Of a stretch of 51,432 nt of DNA, positions 1 through 7,457 are shown in pieces (the first letter of the stretch is position 1; each line of letters starts with the position of its first letter). The stretch is taken from assembly GCA_041674925.1 (NCBI GenBank), contig JBAYUW010000005.1, forward strand, positions 1-51,432, read 5' to 3'. Under the pieces are notes generated by a model that did no database searches, was not told the origin of the DNA, and was given only the letters and a program-made list of their open reading frames with translations. Made by a program: the position numbers and the translations under genes. This DNA is from Minisyncoccota bacterium. GTDB taxonomy: Bacteria > Patescibacteriota > Minisyncoccia > Phycocordibacterales > GWA1-40-21.

Positions 1-1003
1 CAATCTTTTCAATTAAATTCATCGCCTGTAAATCAGCCACGACTTTCGCTCTGGCCTCTTTAAACTTTAATCCATTATATTTACCAGTTTTTTCGTTTAG
101 ACGTCCATTTTTGTCTATAACTTCAACAAAAGGTAAATTAAATTTTTCCGCCAATTTAGAATCGTTTGGATCATGTGCCGGCGTCACTTTCAGAGCTCCC
201 GTTCCGAATTCCATTTCGACAATATCATCAGCAATAACTTTTAATTTAAGTTTACCAATTGGATTTTCAACCTCAATCTCTTGTCCAATTAATTTTTTAT
301 ATCTTTCATCGGCGGGATTGACTGCGACTGCTACGTCACCAAAGATGGTCTCTGGTCTTACCGTTGCCACAATAAAGGGGCCATATTTGAGATAATAGAG
401 TTTATCAGTTTGTTCAATATAAGCGCACTCAAGGTCAGATAGGGAAGTCTGGTGTTTAACACACCAGTTTACGATTCTTTTACCTCGATATAAAAGTTTG
501 TCCTCAGATAATTTCTTAAAAGTATCATAAACAGTATTGATGATATCAGAGTCTAAAGTAAATTTTTCTCTAGACCAATCACAAGAGGCTCCCAATTGTC
601 GAATTTGCCCTTCCATGAATTTTTTATTTTCTAAAGTAAAGGCCATTATTTCTTCTCGTAATTTGTCGGGGTCCATACCAAATCTAGATCGGCCCTCTTT
701 TTCTAATTTTTTTTCATACACCACCTGTGTTTCAAAACCAGCATGATCGGCACCTGGTAACCACAAGGTTTTAAAACCTCGCATTCTTTTAAAACGAATA
801 AGTAAGTCTTCCAAAGTGACAAACGCCGCGTGACCAACGTGAAGAGAGCCGTTGGCATTCGGCGGTGGCATAATAATGGTGTAAGGCTCCTGGTGTCGAG
901 CGGGTAAATTGTCGGGATTAAAAAAACCGCTTTCCTCCCACATTTTGTAAATTCGTGGCTCGGTTTCTTGGGGATTATAGGGTTTTAAAAACTTGTCGTT
1001 CAT
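1..1003 (-). CDS. valS: valine--tRNA ligase, N-terminal ~334 aa (rest lies beyond the left edge)
   Basis: My reverse-strand translation from ATG 1003..1001 gives MNDKFLKPYNPQETEPRIYKMWEESGFF...IIMPPPNANGSLHVGHA...LWLPGADHAGFETQ, a class I HIGH motif in ValRS-type context. Not in the ORF track because it is open at the window edge. Confidence 0.85.
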   Translation of the reverse strand, partial: MNDKFLKPYNPQETEPRIYKMWEESGFFNPDNLPARHQEPYTIIMPPPNANGSLHVGHAAFVTLEDLLIRFKRMRGFKTLWLPGADHAGFETQVVYEKKLEKEGRSRFGMDPDKLREEIMAFTLENKKFMEGQIRQLGASCDWSREKFTLDSDIINTVYDTFKKLSEDKLLYRGKRIVNWCVKHQTSLSDLECAYIEQTDKLYYLKYGPFIVATVRPETIFGDVAVAVNPADERYKKLIGQEIEVENPIGKLKLKVIADDIVEMEFGTGALKVTPAHDPNDSKLAEKFNLPFVEVIDKNGRLNEKTGKYNGLKFKEARAKVVADLQAMNLIEKI

Positions 1004-1033
1004 CTGGGTATTCTAGCAGAAAAAACACTAATT

Positions 1034-2239
1034 TTAAAGACTCAAATTACCATTCGCTTTGAACTCAGTTTCGGCATTTTGACCATTTTTGAGATTGATA
1101 TAACCAGCCAGTGCAATCATCAAAGCATTATCCGTTGAAGCAGAAATTTCTGGTAAACAAAAATCAACCTGCTTTTCTTGGGCTAGTTGTCTTAAAGCCT
1201 CGCGAATCACTTTATCAGCAATCACTCCACCGCCGACAATCAAAGTCTGCGCGCCGTATTTTTCGAGCGCCATTCTGGTCTTGCTGACAAGTACATCCAC
1301 CACTGCTTCTTTAAAAGCAAAAGCAATTTCTTGTTTTATTTCCTCCGTCATTTCTGGAATTTTTTGCACAGTGTAAAGCACCGCGGTTTTTAAACCGGAA
1401 AAAGAAAAATCTAAATCAGGTGAATGGATCATCGGGCGGGGGAATTTAAAGCGTTCATTTTTCTTGCCACCTTGAATCCAAGCCTCGGCATACCGCGCAA
1501 TTTCCGGACCGCCGGGATAGGGGAGGCCGAGCAGACGCGCGACTTTATCACCCGCTTCACCAACAGCGTCATCTCGAGTATTTCCGACAATTTCATAATC
1601 TAGACTACTTTTTACTAAGACTAATTGTGTATGTCCACCGCTGATTAAAAGAGCGATCGCGGGATATTTTATTTCTTTGATTTCATAAGAAAGTTTTTCC
1701 ACCACCCCGTCCTCAGAATGACACCCCTCCTTAATCAAGGAGGGGAAAGGGGACAAAGACGCGACCAAAATATGTCCCTCCATGTGGTTTGTGGGGTATA
1801 CAGGAATGTTCCATAGCGCCGACAAGGCTTTGGCAAAACTGACACCAACCCACAAAGCTGGCTCCAAACCCGGCCCGTGTGTCACCGCAATCGCATCAAT
1901 ATCTGGACGCTCAATTTTTTCCGCGAATTTTAATAGGTCAGTTCCCAAATCATTTTCACGTTCGAGAATTTTTAGAATTTCCTCGCCCGCCGAAGCTTTC
2001 TTAAGCGAAGGCGGGCTGATCATCCCCGCTTCTCTCATCGCCTGTTCAAGAATCGGCACCAGATTTTTGGTATGCTCTCTTTTGGCCAGCATCGGAAAAA
2101 CGCCACCAAACTCTTTATGTTTCGCGATCTGAGAATATAGGGCATTACCCAGTATGGTTACTCTATCGTTCTTCTCGGACGCGTGTAAAATACAAATCGC
2201 CGTTTCGTCACAAGATGTCTCAATACCTAAAATTTTCAT
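1034..2239 (-). CDS. tsaD: tRNA N6-adenosine threonylcarbamoyltransferase TsaD (Kae1/Gcp family), unusually long
   Basis: MKILGIETSCDETA, THGPGLEPALWVG, HMEGH and LLISGGHTQLV motifs. At 401 aa it is about 60 aa longer than usual because of insertions, one encoded by the palindrome at 1724..1745. Confidence 0.9.
   Translation of the reverse strand: MKILGIETSCDETAICILHASEKNDRVTILGNALYSQIAKHKEFGGVFPMLAKREHTKNLVPILEQAMREAGMISPPSLKKASAGEEILKILERENDLGTDLLKFAEKIERPDIDAIAVTHGPGLEPALWVGVSFAKALSALWNIPVYPTNHMEGHILVASLSPFPSLIKEGCHSEDGVVEKLSYEIKEIKYPAIALLISGGHTQLVLVKSSLDYEIVGNTRDDAVGEAGDKVARLLGLPYPGGPEIARYAEAWIQGGKKNERFKFPRPMIHSPDLDFSFSGLKTAVLYTVQKIPEMTEEIKQEIAFAFKEAVVDVLVSKTRMALEKYGAQTLIVGGGVIADKVIREALRQLAQEKQVDFCLPEISASTDNALMIALAGYINLKNGQNAETEFKANGNLSL
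1724..1745. repeat. palindromic element CCCCTCCTT-aatc-AAGGAGGGG inside the tsaD reading frame
   Basis: Perfect 9-bp inverted repeat with a 4-nt loop. It encodes part of the SPFPSLIKEGCHSED insertion. Related to the elements at 19027 and 39667. Confidence 0.7.
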
Positions 2240-2290
2240 ATTTTCTTTATACCATTTGTGTGAAGTTTTATCAAAATTTTAAATTTTTAA

Positions 2291-2322
2291 TAAAAAAGAC
2301 CCCAACCGTGTGGCTGGGGCTC
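2291..2322 (-). terminator. intrinsic terminator downstream of the HAD gene
   Basis: On the minus strand, GAGCCCCAGCC-ACAC-GGTTGGGGTC is followed by TTTTTT (the A-run at 2292..2297 on the plus strand). Confidence 0.6.
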
Positions 2323-2354
2323 TGGGTGGGTCCTTTGGCCCACATTTTTCTTAT

Positions 2355-2984
2355 TCAGTGTGTAAGGATCGTTGCGAGATCCTGGAGATCGATGATGCAA
2401 TGCCGAGCACCATTTCTTCTCAAGACTTCGTCGGTCCCACATCCTCTTGTGATACCGATCGGGACAACCCCCGCTTTCACTGCGGAGCGCATATCGTCAC
2501 CGAAATCACCCACGTACCAAACGTTTTCAGGAGCGATCGCTTGCTCTTCACAAAACTGAGTCAAAGCCACCGTTTTGTTGAGTGCACCACCCCGAATCAT
2601 TTCGAGGTGACGTTGGAGACCGGCCTGAGCACACCGCCCCTTGACGCGTTCCTCAGTGTTCGCGCTGAGGATACCCATCATCATTGGTTTGAGTTGTGCT
2701 AGCTCCTGAAGTGTCGAGGGTACGTCGTGAAAGAACGGCCACACCTCCGCCTCCATGACATCGTAGTAGAGGCGATTGATCGTTGCCTCATCATGGGTAA
2801 CACCGCGTTGGCGATAGAAATCCATGTATGGGGGCGCGAAATACTCGCAGAACTCTAGAAAACTCGGTGGCCATAACTCTTCCAACTTGTTGGTCCTAAA
2901 AATTCGACAGACACCACGGTAGGCCGGCAAAATGCTAGCCAGCAGAGTGCCGTCGAAATCAAAGAGCAATGCCTTAGGTTTCAT
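2355..2984 (-). CDS. HAD-superfamily hydrolase (phosphoglycolate phosphatase-like)
   Basis: DFDGTLL (motif I), ILSANT (motif II), K in GGALNKT, GDFGDDM (motif IV). SD AGGAGA 8 nt upstream of the ATG. Visibly GC-richer than the flanks. Confidence 0.8.
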   Translation of the reverse strand: MKPKALLFDFDGTLLASILPAYRGVCRIFRTNKLEELWPPSFLEFCEYFAPPYMDFYRQRGVTHDEATINRLYYDVMEAEVWPFFHDVPSTLQELAQLKPMMMGILSANTEERVKGRCAQAGLQRHLEMIRGGALNKTVALTQFCEEQAIAPENVWYVGDFGDDMRSAVKAGVVPIGITRGCGTDEVLRRNGARHCIIDLQDLATILTH

Positions 2985-3111
2985 CTCTTATTTCTCCTGT
3001 TTTTTCATCACGCTGACATTATTCTAGTCCTTATATAAAGTAACAAAAAAAGGCGGTGGTTGTCAATTAATCTGAGTATTTTTCCAGCTTAATTTCTGAT
3101 AAGATTAATTT

Positions 3112-3366
3112 ATGAAAATAATCGTGAAAGTTAAAACCCGTGCCAAAGTCGAAAGTATTGAAAGGGTGGGGCAAGATGGTTTTGCTTTGAAGGGAATTAA
3201 TAATGATTTACCGATTTATAAAATTTCTGTCAAAGAAGCTCCTGTCGCCGGCCGAGCCAATGAAGCCATCATCAAACTCCTCGCCGACTATTTTAAAATT
3301 GCCCCTGCCCGCATTCAGCTGCTATCCGGCCAGACATCGAAGCAAAAGGTGTTTGAGGTGGTATAA
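3112..3366 (+). CDS. DUF167 / YggU-family small protein
   Basis: 84 aa with KVKTRAK...ISVKEAPVAGRANEAIIKLLADYF...QKVFEV, typical of UPF0235/DUF167. TGaTAAGAT box lies 6 nt upstream of the ATG. Confidence 0.7.
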   Translation: MKIIVKVKTRAKVESIERVGQDGFALKGINNDLPIYKISVKEAPVAGRANEAIIKLLADYFKIAPARIQLLSGQTSKQKVFEVV

Positions 3367-3402
3367 AAAAAGAGCCCGCGGGTATCGCTACCGTTGGGCT
3401 CC
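3364..3402 (-). terminator. intrinsic terminator after the 210-aa ORF
   Basis: GAGCCC...GGGCTC stem with inner CGGGTA/TACCG pairing. U-tract on the minus strand (A-run 3365..3371). Confidence 0.5.
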
Positions 3403-3410
3403 AAAGGTCT

Positions 3411-4043
3411 TCAGCTCGGTATAGTCACCGGCTCACCATTTGCCAGAAGAAATGGGTTTTTCGTTTCAGGCAATCCGTCACCGCACCAGCCATAGGTGTT
3501 CGAAAAACACTCGTCACAGACGTGCATGGGATACACTGAACCCCATACGTTCCAGAGAGTGGCCCGTGTCGCTATTGACGGACAACCCTGACGGAAACAT
3601 CGATAAGCTGAGGAAGTTGAAGATACTCCTTTTGGCCAACCAAACAAGATGTGGTATCTGTTTCGAAAGATCCGTTCGGCCAGAGTCTTGATACTCCAGT
3701 TGTCTTGCACAATCAATTCCTCTGGTCTAAAAAATCTGACTCGCGGGCACTGTTGCCATATGGCGTCTTGCAAAAGAAATGACCAATCGCCAGTCGTTAG
3801 ATTCTTTTCGTATTGCGTTTCCCAGTCGGTCACTTCAGATCGAGAAAAGTTGAAACGATCAGCGCTAACCTCTTTTCCGAAAAAGACAGCGACAGTGTAC
3901 CCATCGTCCTCTTTGTCTGAAAAGGGAGCGACAACATAGCCTTCAAAACTACTCCAAGGACCCATCTTATCCTTCATCCCCACAATCGTTCCGGCAATAA
4001 TGGGTCTACCATCAGCCGCGACAACTTGATCAGTCGTATTCAT
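3411..4043 (-). CDS. hypothetical protein with a Cys-rich C-terminus (GC-rich islet)
   Basis: Long ORF. I prefer ATG 4043 (MNTTDQ) over GTG 4049 because AAGGGG lies 6 nt upstream. C-terminal CFRQGC...HVCDECF...WCGDG cysteine cluster. No family recognised. Confidence 0.5.
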   Translation of the reverse strand: MNTTDQVVAADGRPIIAGTIVGMKDKMGPWSSFEGYVVAPFSDKEDDGYTVAVFFGKEVSADRFNFSRSEVTDWETQYEKNLTTGDWSFLLQDAIWQQCPRVRFFRPEELIVQDNWSIKTLAERIFRNRYHILFGWPKGVSSTSSAYRCFRQGCPSIATRATLWNVWGSVYPMHVCDECFSNTYGWCGDGLPETKNPFLLANGEPVTIPS

Positions 4044-4105
4044 GAGCACCCCTTTGTGTTAGAACATCCAATAATTAGTCTACTCCTTTTTATTTTAAAG
4101 GCAAG

Positions 4106-4132
4106 AAAAACCGCTCCCCCGAAGGGAAGCGG
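4106..4132 (-). terminator. intrinsic terminator after the 84-aa ORF
   Basis: On the minus strand, CCGCTTCCC-TTCG-GGGGAGCGG is followed by TTTTT. Confidence 0.65.
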
Positions 4133-4167
4133 TATGGGTGGGTGCACGATTCATGAATGAATGCGGA

Positions 4168-4422
4168 CTAATCTCCTGATGGATTCAAGCCGCCCATCGA
4201 TCTTCGGTACTCCCTTTTTTCATGTTGCCGATTAAGTTGCCTCGCTAGCCTCTGATTTTCAGGCACGTATCCACGACCTTGACGACACTCGACGAGGGTT
4301 TTCTTTTTGCCGCTAAGGAGACTGTTGGCCCGATCGCCCAAATCTTCCTCAACCTCCTCATCAGTAAAATCGTGTTCAGTTTCCTGCCAGCCACAGTGTT
4401 TACAAAGTATACCGTCAGCCAT
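4168..4422 (-). CDS. hypothetical small protein (84 aa, CxxC N-terminus, acidic then basic)
   Basis: Perfect SD AAGGAGGTG 5 nt upstream of ATG 4422. Has its own terminator. MADGILCKHCGW... No family recognised. Confidence 0.5.
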   Translation of the reverse strand: MADGILCKHCGWQETEHDFTDEEVEEDLGDRANSLLSGKKKTLVECRQGRGYVPENQRLARQLNRQHEKREYRRSMGGLNPSGD

Positions 4423-4484
4423 CTCACACCTCCTTGTATTGAGAATCTAATATTAATATTACTCTCTTTAATAAAAAGAACAAG

Positions 4485-4509
4485 AAAAACAGCGACTCGT
4501 GAGTCGCTG
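4485..4509 (-). terminator. intrinsic terminator / possible attenuator between the structured element and the 84-aa ORF
   Basis: On the minus strand, CAGCGACT-CACG-AGTCGCTG is followed by TTTTT (A-run 4485..4489 on the plus strand). Confidence 0.65.
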
Positions 4510-4518
4510 GGCGCCTCC

Positions 4519-4641
4519 GGAAGGTGGGAGACGGTGTGCACACAATAGAGGGTGCCTCCATTATGAGGATCAACCTGAGGACTGATCCATCACGGAAGCC
4601 ATGTCTTGACTCGCGCGGTCATCCTCTCGTCCCCACCTTCC
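4519..4641 (-). ncRNA. candidate structured RNA (unclassified ncRNA or riboswitch-like leader)
   Basis: GGAAGGTGGGAGACG (4519..4533) pairs with CGTCCCCACCTTCC (4628..4641), giving 14 bp with one bulge. The stem encloses local hairpins GTGTGCACAC, GAGG-GTG-CCTC and GGATCA-N10-TGATCC. A minus-strand terminator follows at 4485..4509. GC-rich in an AT-rich context. Strand assignment is from the terminator polarity only. Confidence 0.3.
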
Positions 4642-4702
4642 TTCGGCGAAGTCTTAATGGTAGCATAGTCGATTTAACTTTGTCAAAAGTACATCAAAAC
4701 CG

Positions 4703-4736
4703 CGAACGGCTCAACATAAAATAGCTGAGCCGTTCG
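4703..4736. repeat. hairpin CGAACGGCTCA-N12-TGAGCCGTTCG (probable tRNA-Glu terminator; shares arms with the repeats at 31072 and 38880)
   Basis: 11-bp perfect stem. On the minus strand it is followed by GGTTTTG. The AACGGCTCA arm is shared with the island-flanking repeats. Confidence 0.5.
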
Positions 4737-4748
4737 TAAATTTTACAG

Positions 4749-4823
4749 TGGTGACCCTACCGGGGATCGAACCCGGGTTCACAGATTGAAAACCTGTTGT
4801 CCTAACCACTAGACGATAGGGCC
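4749..4823 (-). tRNA. tRNA-Glu (anticodon UUC), CCA encoded
   Basis: The reverse complement GGCCCTATCGTCTAGTGGTTAGGACAACAGGTTTTCAATCTGTGAACCCGGGTTCGATCCCCGGTAGGGTCACCA folds as a cloverleaf. Anticodon loop is TTTTCAA. Confidence 0.93.
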
Positions 4824-4911
4824 GAAAAGAACCTTGCTCAATATAACATTTTTTGTAAAAAAAGCAAAATACTATAATTATACTTTTAAAAAGTGTAGAC
4901 AGGTTGATTAA

Positions 4912-5709
4912 ATGCTACACGAAAGATATAATACTTATATGAAGAAAAATATAAACAAAAAAGTGTTAGCCGGTAGTTTGGGTGGATTAGCTAGGTTCAG
5001 AAAACATGGTAATTTTGGCACTCCCGAGGGTAGGAGACTCGGTGGTCTAAGATCATTAAAAACTCATAAATTAAAACCATCTGGTTTTATTCAGCTGAAG
5101 AAAATTATAATACCGAGGAGAAGCTCAAATCTGGCGGAATTGTTGGGAATTTTAATCGGTGACGGTCACCTAAGTCGTTATCAGGTTTTATTCACTACCA
5201 ACTCAGATACTGACAGCGAGCATGCTCAATATGTGAGTCTTTTATTTAACAAACTATTTTCTATTAACACTTTAATTAAAAAGAGAAAAAATAAAAAAGC
5301 CGTAGATATTATCGTTTCGTCTGCAAACTTAGTTAGATATTTAAACAAGCTTGGTATGCCGATCGGTAATAAATTAACTATTGGTCTTAAAGTACCTTTG
5401 TGGATAAAGAGAAATCGTTCATTTTCCAGAGCTTTTATTCGTGGTCTTTTTGATACAGACGGTTGTGTATTTATTGATACCCATAAGTACAAAGATCGGA
5501 CATATAGATATCTTGGCTGGACTTTTACTAGCTATGATGATAAATTTCTTAATGAGATCAAGGAGTTGTTGGTAAATTTTGGATTTAATCCAACCCTTAC
5601 CTCAAAACAAAGGTCAGTGTATTTAAGGAAACAGTCGGAGATAAAGGAATATTTTGATCTTATAGGTACAAGTAATTTAAAACACAAGAGTAGATTTTTA
5701 AGAATTTGA
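4912..5709 (+). CDS. free-standing LAGLIDADG-family homing endonuclease-like protein
   Basis: Two LAGLIDADG-type motifs: LLGILIGDGHL and FIRGLFDTDGCVF. Sits between tRNA-Glu and tRNA-Ser and not inside any recognisable intron or intein. Confidence 0.8.
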   Translation: MLHERYNTYMKKNINKKVLAGSLGGLARFRKHGNFGTPEGRRLGGLRSLKTHKLKPSGFIQLKKIIIPRRSSNLAELLGILIGDGHLSRYQVLFTTNSDTDSEHAQYVSLLFNKLFSINTLIKKRKNKKAVDIIVSSANLVRYLNKLGMPIGNKLTIGLKVPLWIKRNRSFSRAFIRGLFDTDGCVFIDTHKYKDRTYRYLGWTFTSYDDKFLNEIKELLVNFGFNPTLTSKQRSVYLRKQSEIKEYFDLIGTSNLKHKSRFLRI

Positions 5710-5712
5710 CAG

Positions 5713-5799
5713 GGAGAGATGTCGGAGTGGTCTAACGAGCCAGTTTCGAAAACTGGTAGGGGTGAAAGCCTCTCGAGGGTTCGAATCCCTCTCTCTCCG
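5713..5799 (+). tRNA. tRNA-Ser (anticodon CGA), long variable arm, no encoded CCA
   Basis: GGAGAGA acceptor stem pairing with TCTCTCC, anticodon stem-loop CCAGT-TTCGAAA-ACTGG, long extra arm, GGTTCGAATCC T-loop. Confidence 0.93.
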
Positions 5800-5833
5800 C
5801 TCGTGATCTGTATTATTAATTTAATAAAATTTT

Positions 5834-6157
5834 ATGGGCAAAATAAAAGAGCAAATTACTGGTTTTATTGATTTCATTCGCACCCAAGGTGTCGTCGGTT
5901 TCGCCGTCGCCTTTATTTTAGGTGGCGCGGTTTCGGTTTTAGTTACTTCTTTAGTGAATAATTTAGTCAATCCGATTTTAGGTGTACTACTTGGTAGTGC
6001 CAAGGACTTAGCGGCCAATTCAATCAAGTTCTTTGATGCCAATATTATGTACGGAAAATTTTTAAACGACTTGATCAACTTTTTCGTCATCGCCTTTGTC
6101 GTATATTTTGGTGTAAAGAAGCTTGGCCTTGATAAGTTGGATAAACCAAAACAATAA
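5834..6157 (+). CDS. mscL: large-conductance mechanosensitive channel
   Basis: GFIDFIRTQGVVGFAVAFILGGAVSVLVTSLVNNLVNPILG aligns with the MscL TM1 signature. The 107 aa size is typical. Confidence 0.9.
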   Translation: MGKIKEQITGFIDFIRTQGVVGFAVAFILGGAVSVLVTSLVNNLVNPILGVLLGSAKDLAANSIKFFDANIMYGKFLNDLINFFVIAFVVYFGVKKLGLDKLDKPKQ

Positions 6158-7357
6158 ATGTATCATCCTAATAAAAAAATTCTAGAAAGGTATGCTGACG
6201 TGCTTATTAATTACGCCTTAAATTCTGGAAAGGGAGTGAAAAAAGGCGAGACGGTTTTATTGCAGGTCCCAGAAAGCGCTAAACCAATGCTCGTGGAATT
6301 GCACAAAACTGTTTTGAGAGCTGGTGCACACCCCTTGATTCAGTTTGTGCCAGACGGCATGAGTCGTGACTTTTTCAACTTTGCTAATAGTGAACAGGTG
6401 AGCTTTTTTCCAGCTAGATTTCTGAAGGGTAGAATAGATCAGATTGATCATTTAATCGCAATTATTGCTGATAGTGACAAGCACGAACTGGAGGGAATTG
6501 ATCCAAAGATGATTATGGAAAAGTCCAAAGCTTTTAAGCCATATATGGACTGGCGAAATAAAAAAGAGAGCGCTGGAAAATTTACTTGGACTTTGGCGTT
6601 ATACGGCACGAAATCCGGCGCGGATGAAGCGAAAATGAGCGAAAAAGAATATTGGAATCAGATTATCAAAGCTTGTTATTTAAATGAAAAAAATCCGGTA
6701 CAGACTTGGAAAAAAGTGGCGGGTGAAATAGAGAGAGTGAAAGATAAATTAAATTCTCTGAAGATAGAGAAGGTGAGAATTCAAGCCAAAAATACCGACT
6801 TGATTGTTCAGCTCGGCAAAAATCGTCAATGGATGGGAGGGTCCGGTCGCAATATTCCCAGTTTCGAAGTTTTCATTTCGCCAGATTGGCGAGGGACGGA
6901 AGGGTATATTCAATTCACTGAGCCCTTGTACCGCTATGGTAATTTAATTGATGATGTCTATCTTGAATTTAAAAATGGGCAAGTTATAAATGCAACAGCG
7001 AAGAAGGGTGAAAAAGTTTTAAAGCAAATGATTGCTAATAAAAATGCTGATAAAATTGGCGAGTTTTCTTTGACTGATTCACGTCTCTCAAAAATCACAA
7101 AATTTATGGCCGAGACTTTATTTGATGAAAATGTTGGAGGAAAATACGGGAATACTCATATTGCTTTGGGTAATGCTTATCAAGATTCATACCCTGGCAA
7201 TCCGGGCAAAATCAGCAAAGCTCAGTGGGCCAAAATGGGGTATAACGAATCAGTTGTCCACACTGATATTGTCAGCACGGAAAATAGAACTGTCACCGCG
7301 TGGCTGCCGGATGGCACAATGAAAGTGATATATAAAGACGGGAAGTTTACTATCTAA
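6158..7357 (+). CDS. aminopeptidase, M29 (AmpS/PepS, thermophilic metalloprotease) family
   Basis: 399 aa. N-terminal LERYADVLINYALNSGKGVKKGETVLL and C-terminal GNTHIALGNAY...HTDIV are typical of M29 aminopeptidases. Confidence 0.8.
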   Translation: MYHPNKKILERYADVLINYALNSGKGVKKGETVLLQVPESAKPMLVELHKTVLRAGAHPLIQFVPDGMSRDFFNFANSEQVSFFPARFLKGRIDQIDHLIAIIADSDKHELEGIDPKMIMEKSKAFKPYMDWRNKKESAGKFTWTLALYGTKSGADEAKMSEKEYWNQIIKACYLNEKNPVQTWKKVAGEIERVKDKLNSLKIEKVRIQAKNTDLIVQLGKNRQWMGGSGRNIPSFEVFISPDWRGTEGYIQFTEPLYRYGNLIDDVYLEFKNGQVINATAKKGEKVLKQMIANKNADKIGEFSLTDSRLSKITKFMAETLFDENVGGKYGNTHIALGNAYQDSYPGNPGKISKAQWAKMGYNESVVHTDIVSTENRTVTAWLPDGTMKVIYKDGKFTI

Positions 7358-7359
7358 TG

Positions 7360-7432
7360 TGGGCGGTAAGGGATTCGAACCCCTGACATCGTCAACGTCA
7401 ATGACGCGCTCTACCAACTGAGCTAACCGCCC
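7360..7432 (-). tRNA. tRNA-Val (anticodon GAC)
   Basis: The reverse complement GGGCGGTTAGCTCAGTTGGTAGAGCGCGTCATTGACGTTGACGATGTCAGGGGTTCGAATCCCTTACCGCCCA folds as a cloverleaf. Anticodon loop is TTGACGT. Confidence 0.93.
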
Positions 7433-7457
7433 GTGAACTGAATCTTACACTATTTTA

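Noticed and set aside
1782-2702. Plus-strand ORFs 1782..2132, 2215..2559 and 2310..2702, antisense to tsaD and the HAD gene
   Set aside because: These are shadow ORFs opposite well-supported genes, with low-complexity translations and no signals. The same reasoning applies to most other antisense ORFs in the track, for example 8445..8690, 8847..9158, 10121..10441, 15306..15617, 24424..24618, 33618..33929, 40018..40308 and 44451..44783.
4519-4641. Possible TPP riboswitch or SRP/6S RNA identity for the structured element
   Set aside because: A CCTC-ATAATG-GAGG hairpin and CTGAGGA/CTGATCC strings superficially recall the TPP P5 and UGAGA motifs. However, the required GGGGUGC...ACCC P2 pairing and motif order are absent on either strand. 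No GGAA-tetraloop/AGCA SRP domain IV is present. Left unclassified.
4524-4724. 66-aa plus-strand ORF (GTG start) covering the GC-rich structured region
   Set aside because: It has no SD or promoter signal and a GTG start. It coincides with a long-range stem and several hairpins and is flanked by minus-strand terminators. It is better explained as an open frame created by GC-rich RNA-structure DNA.
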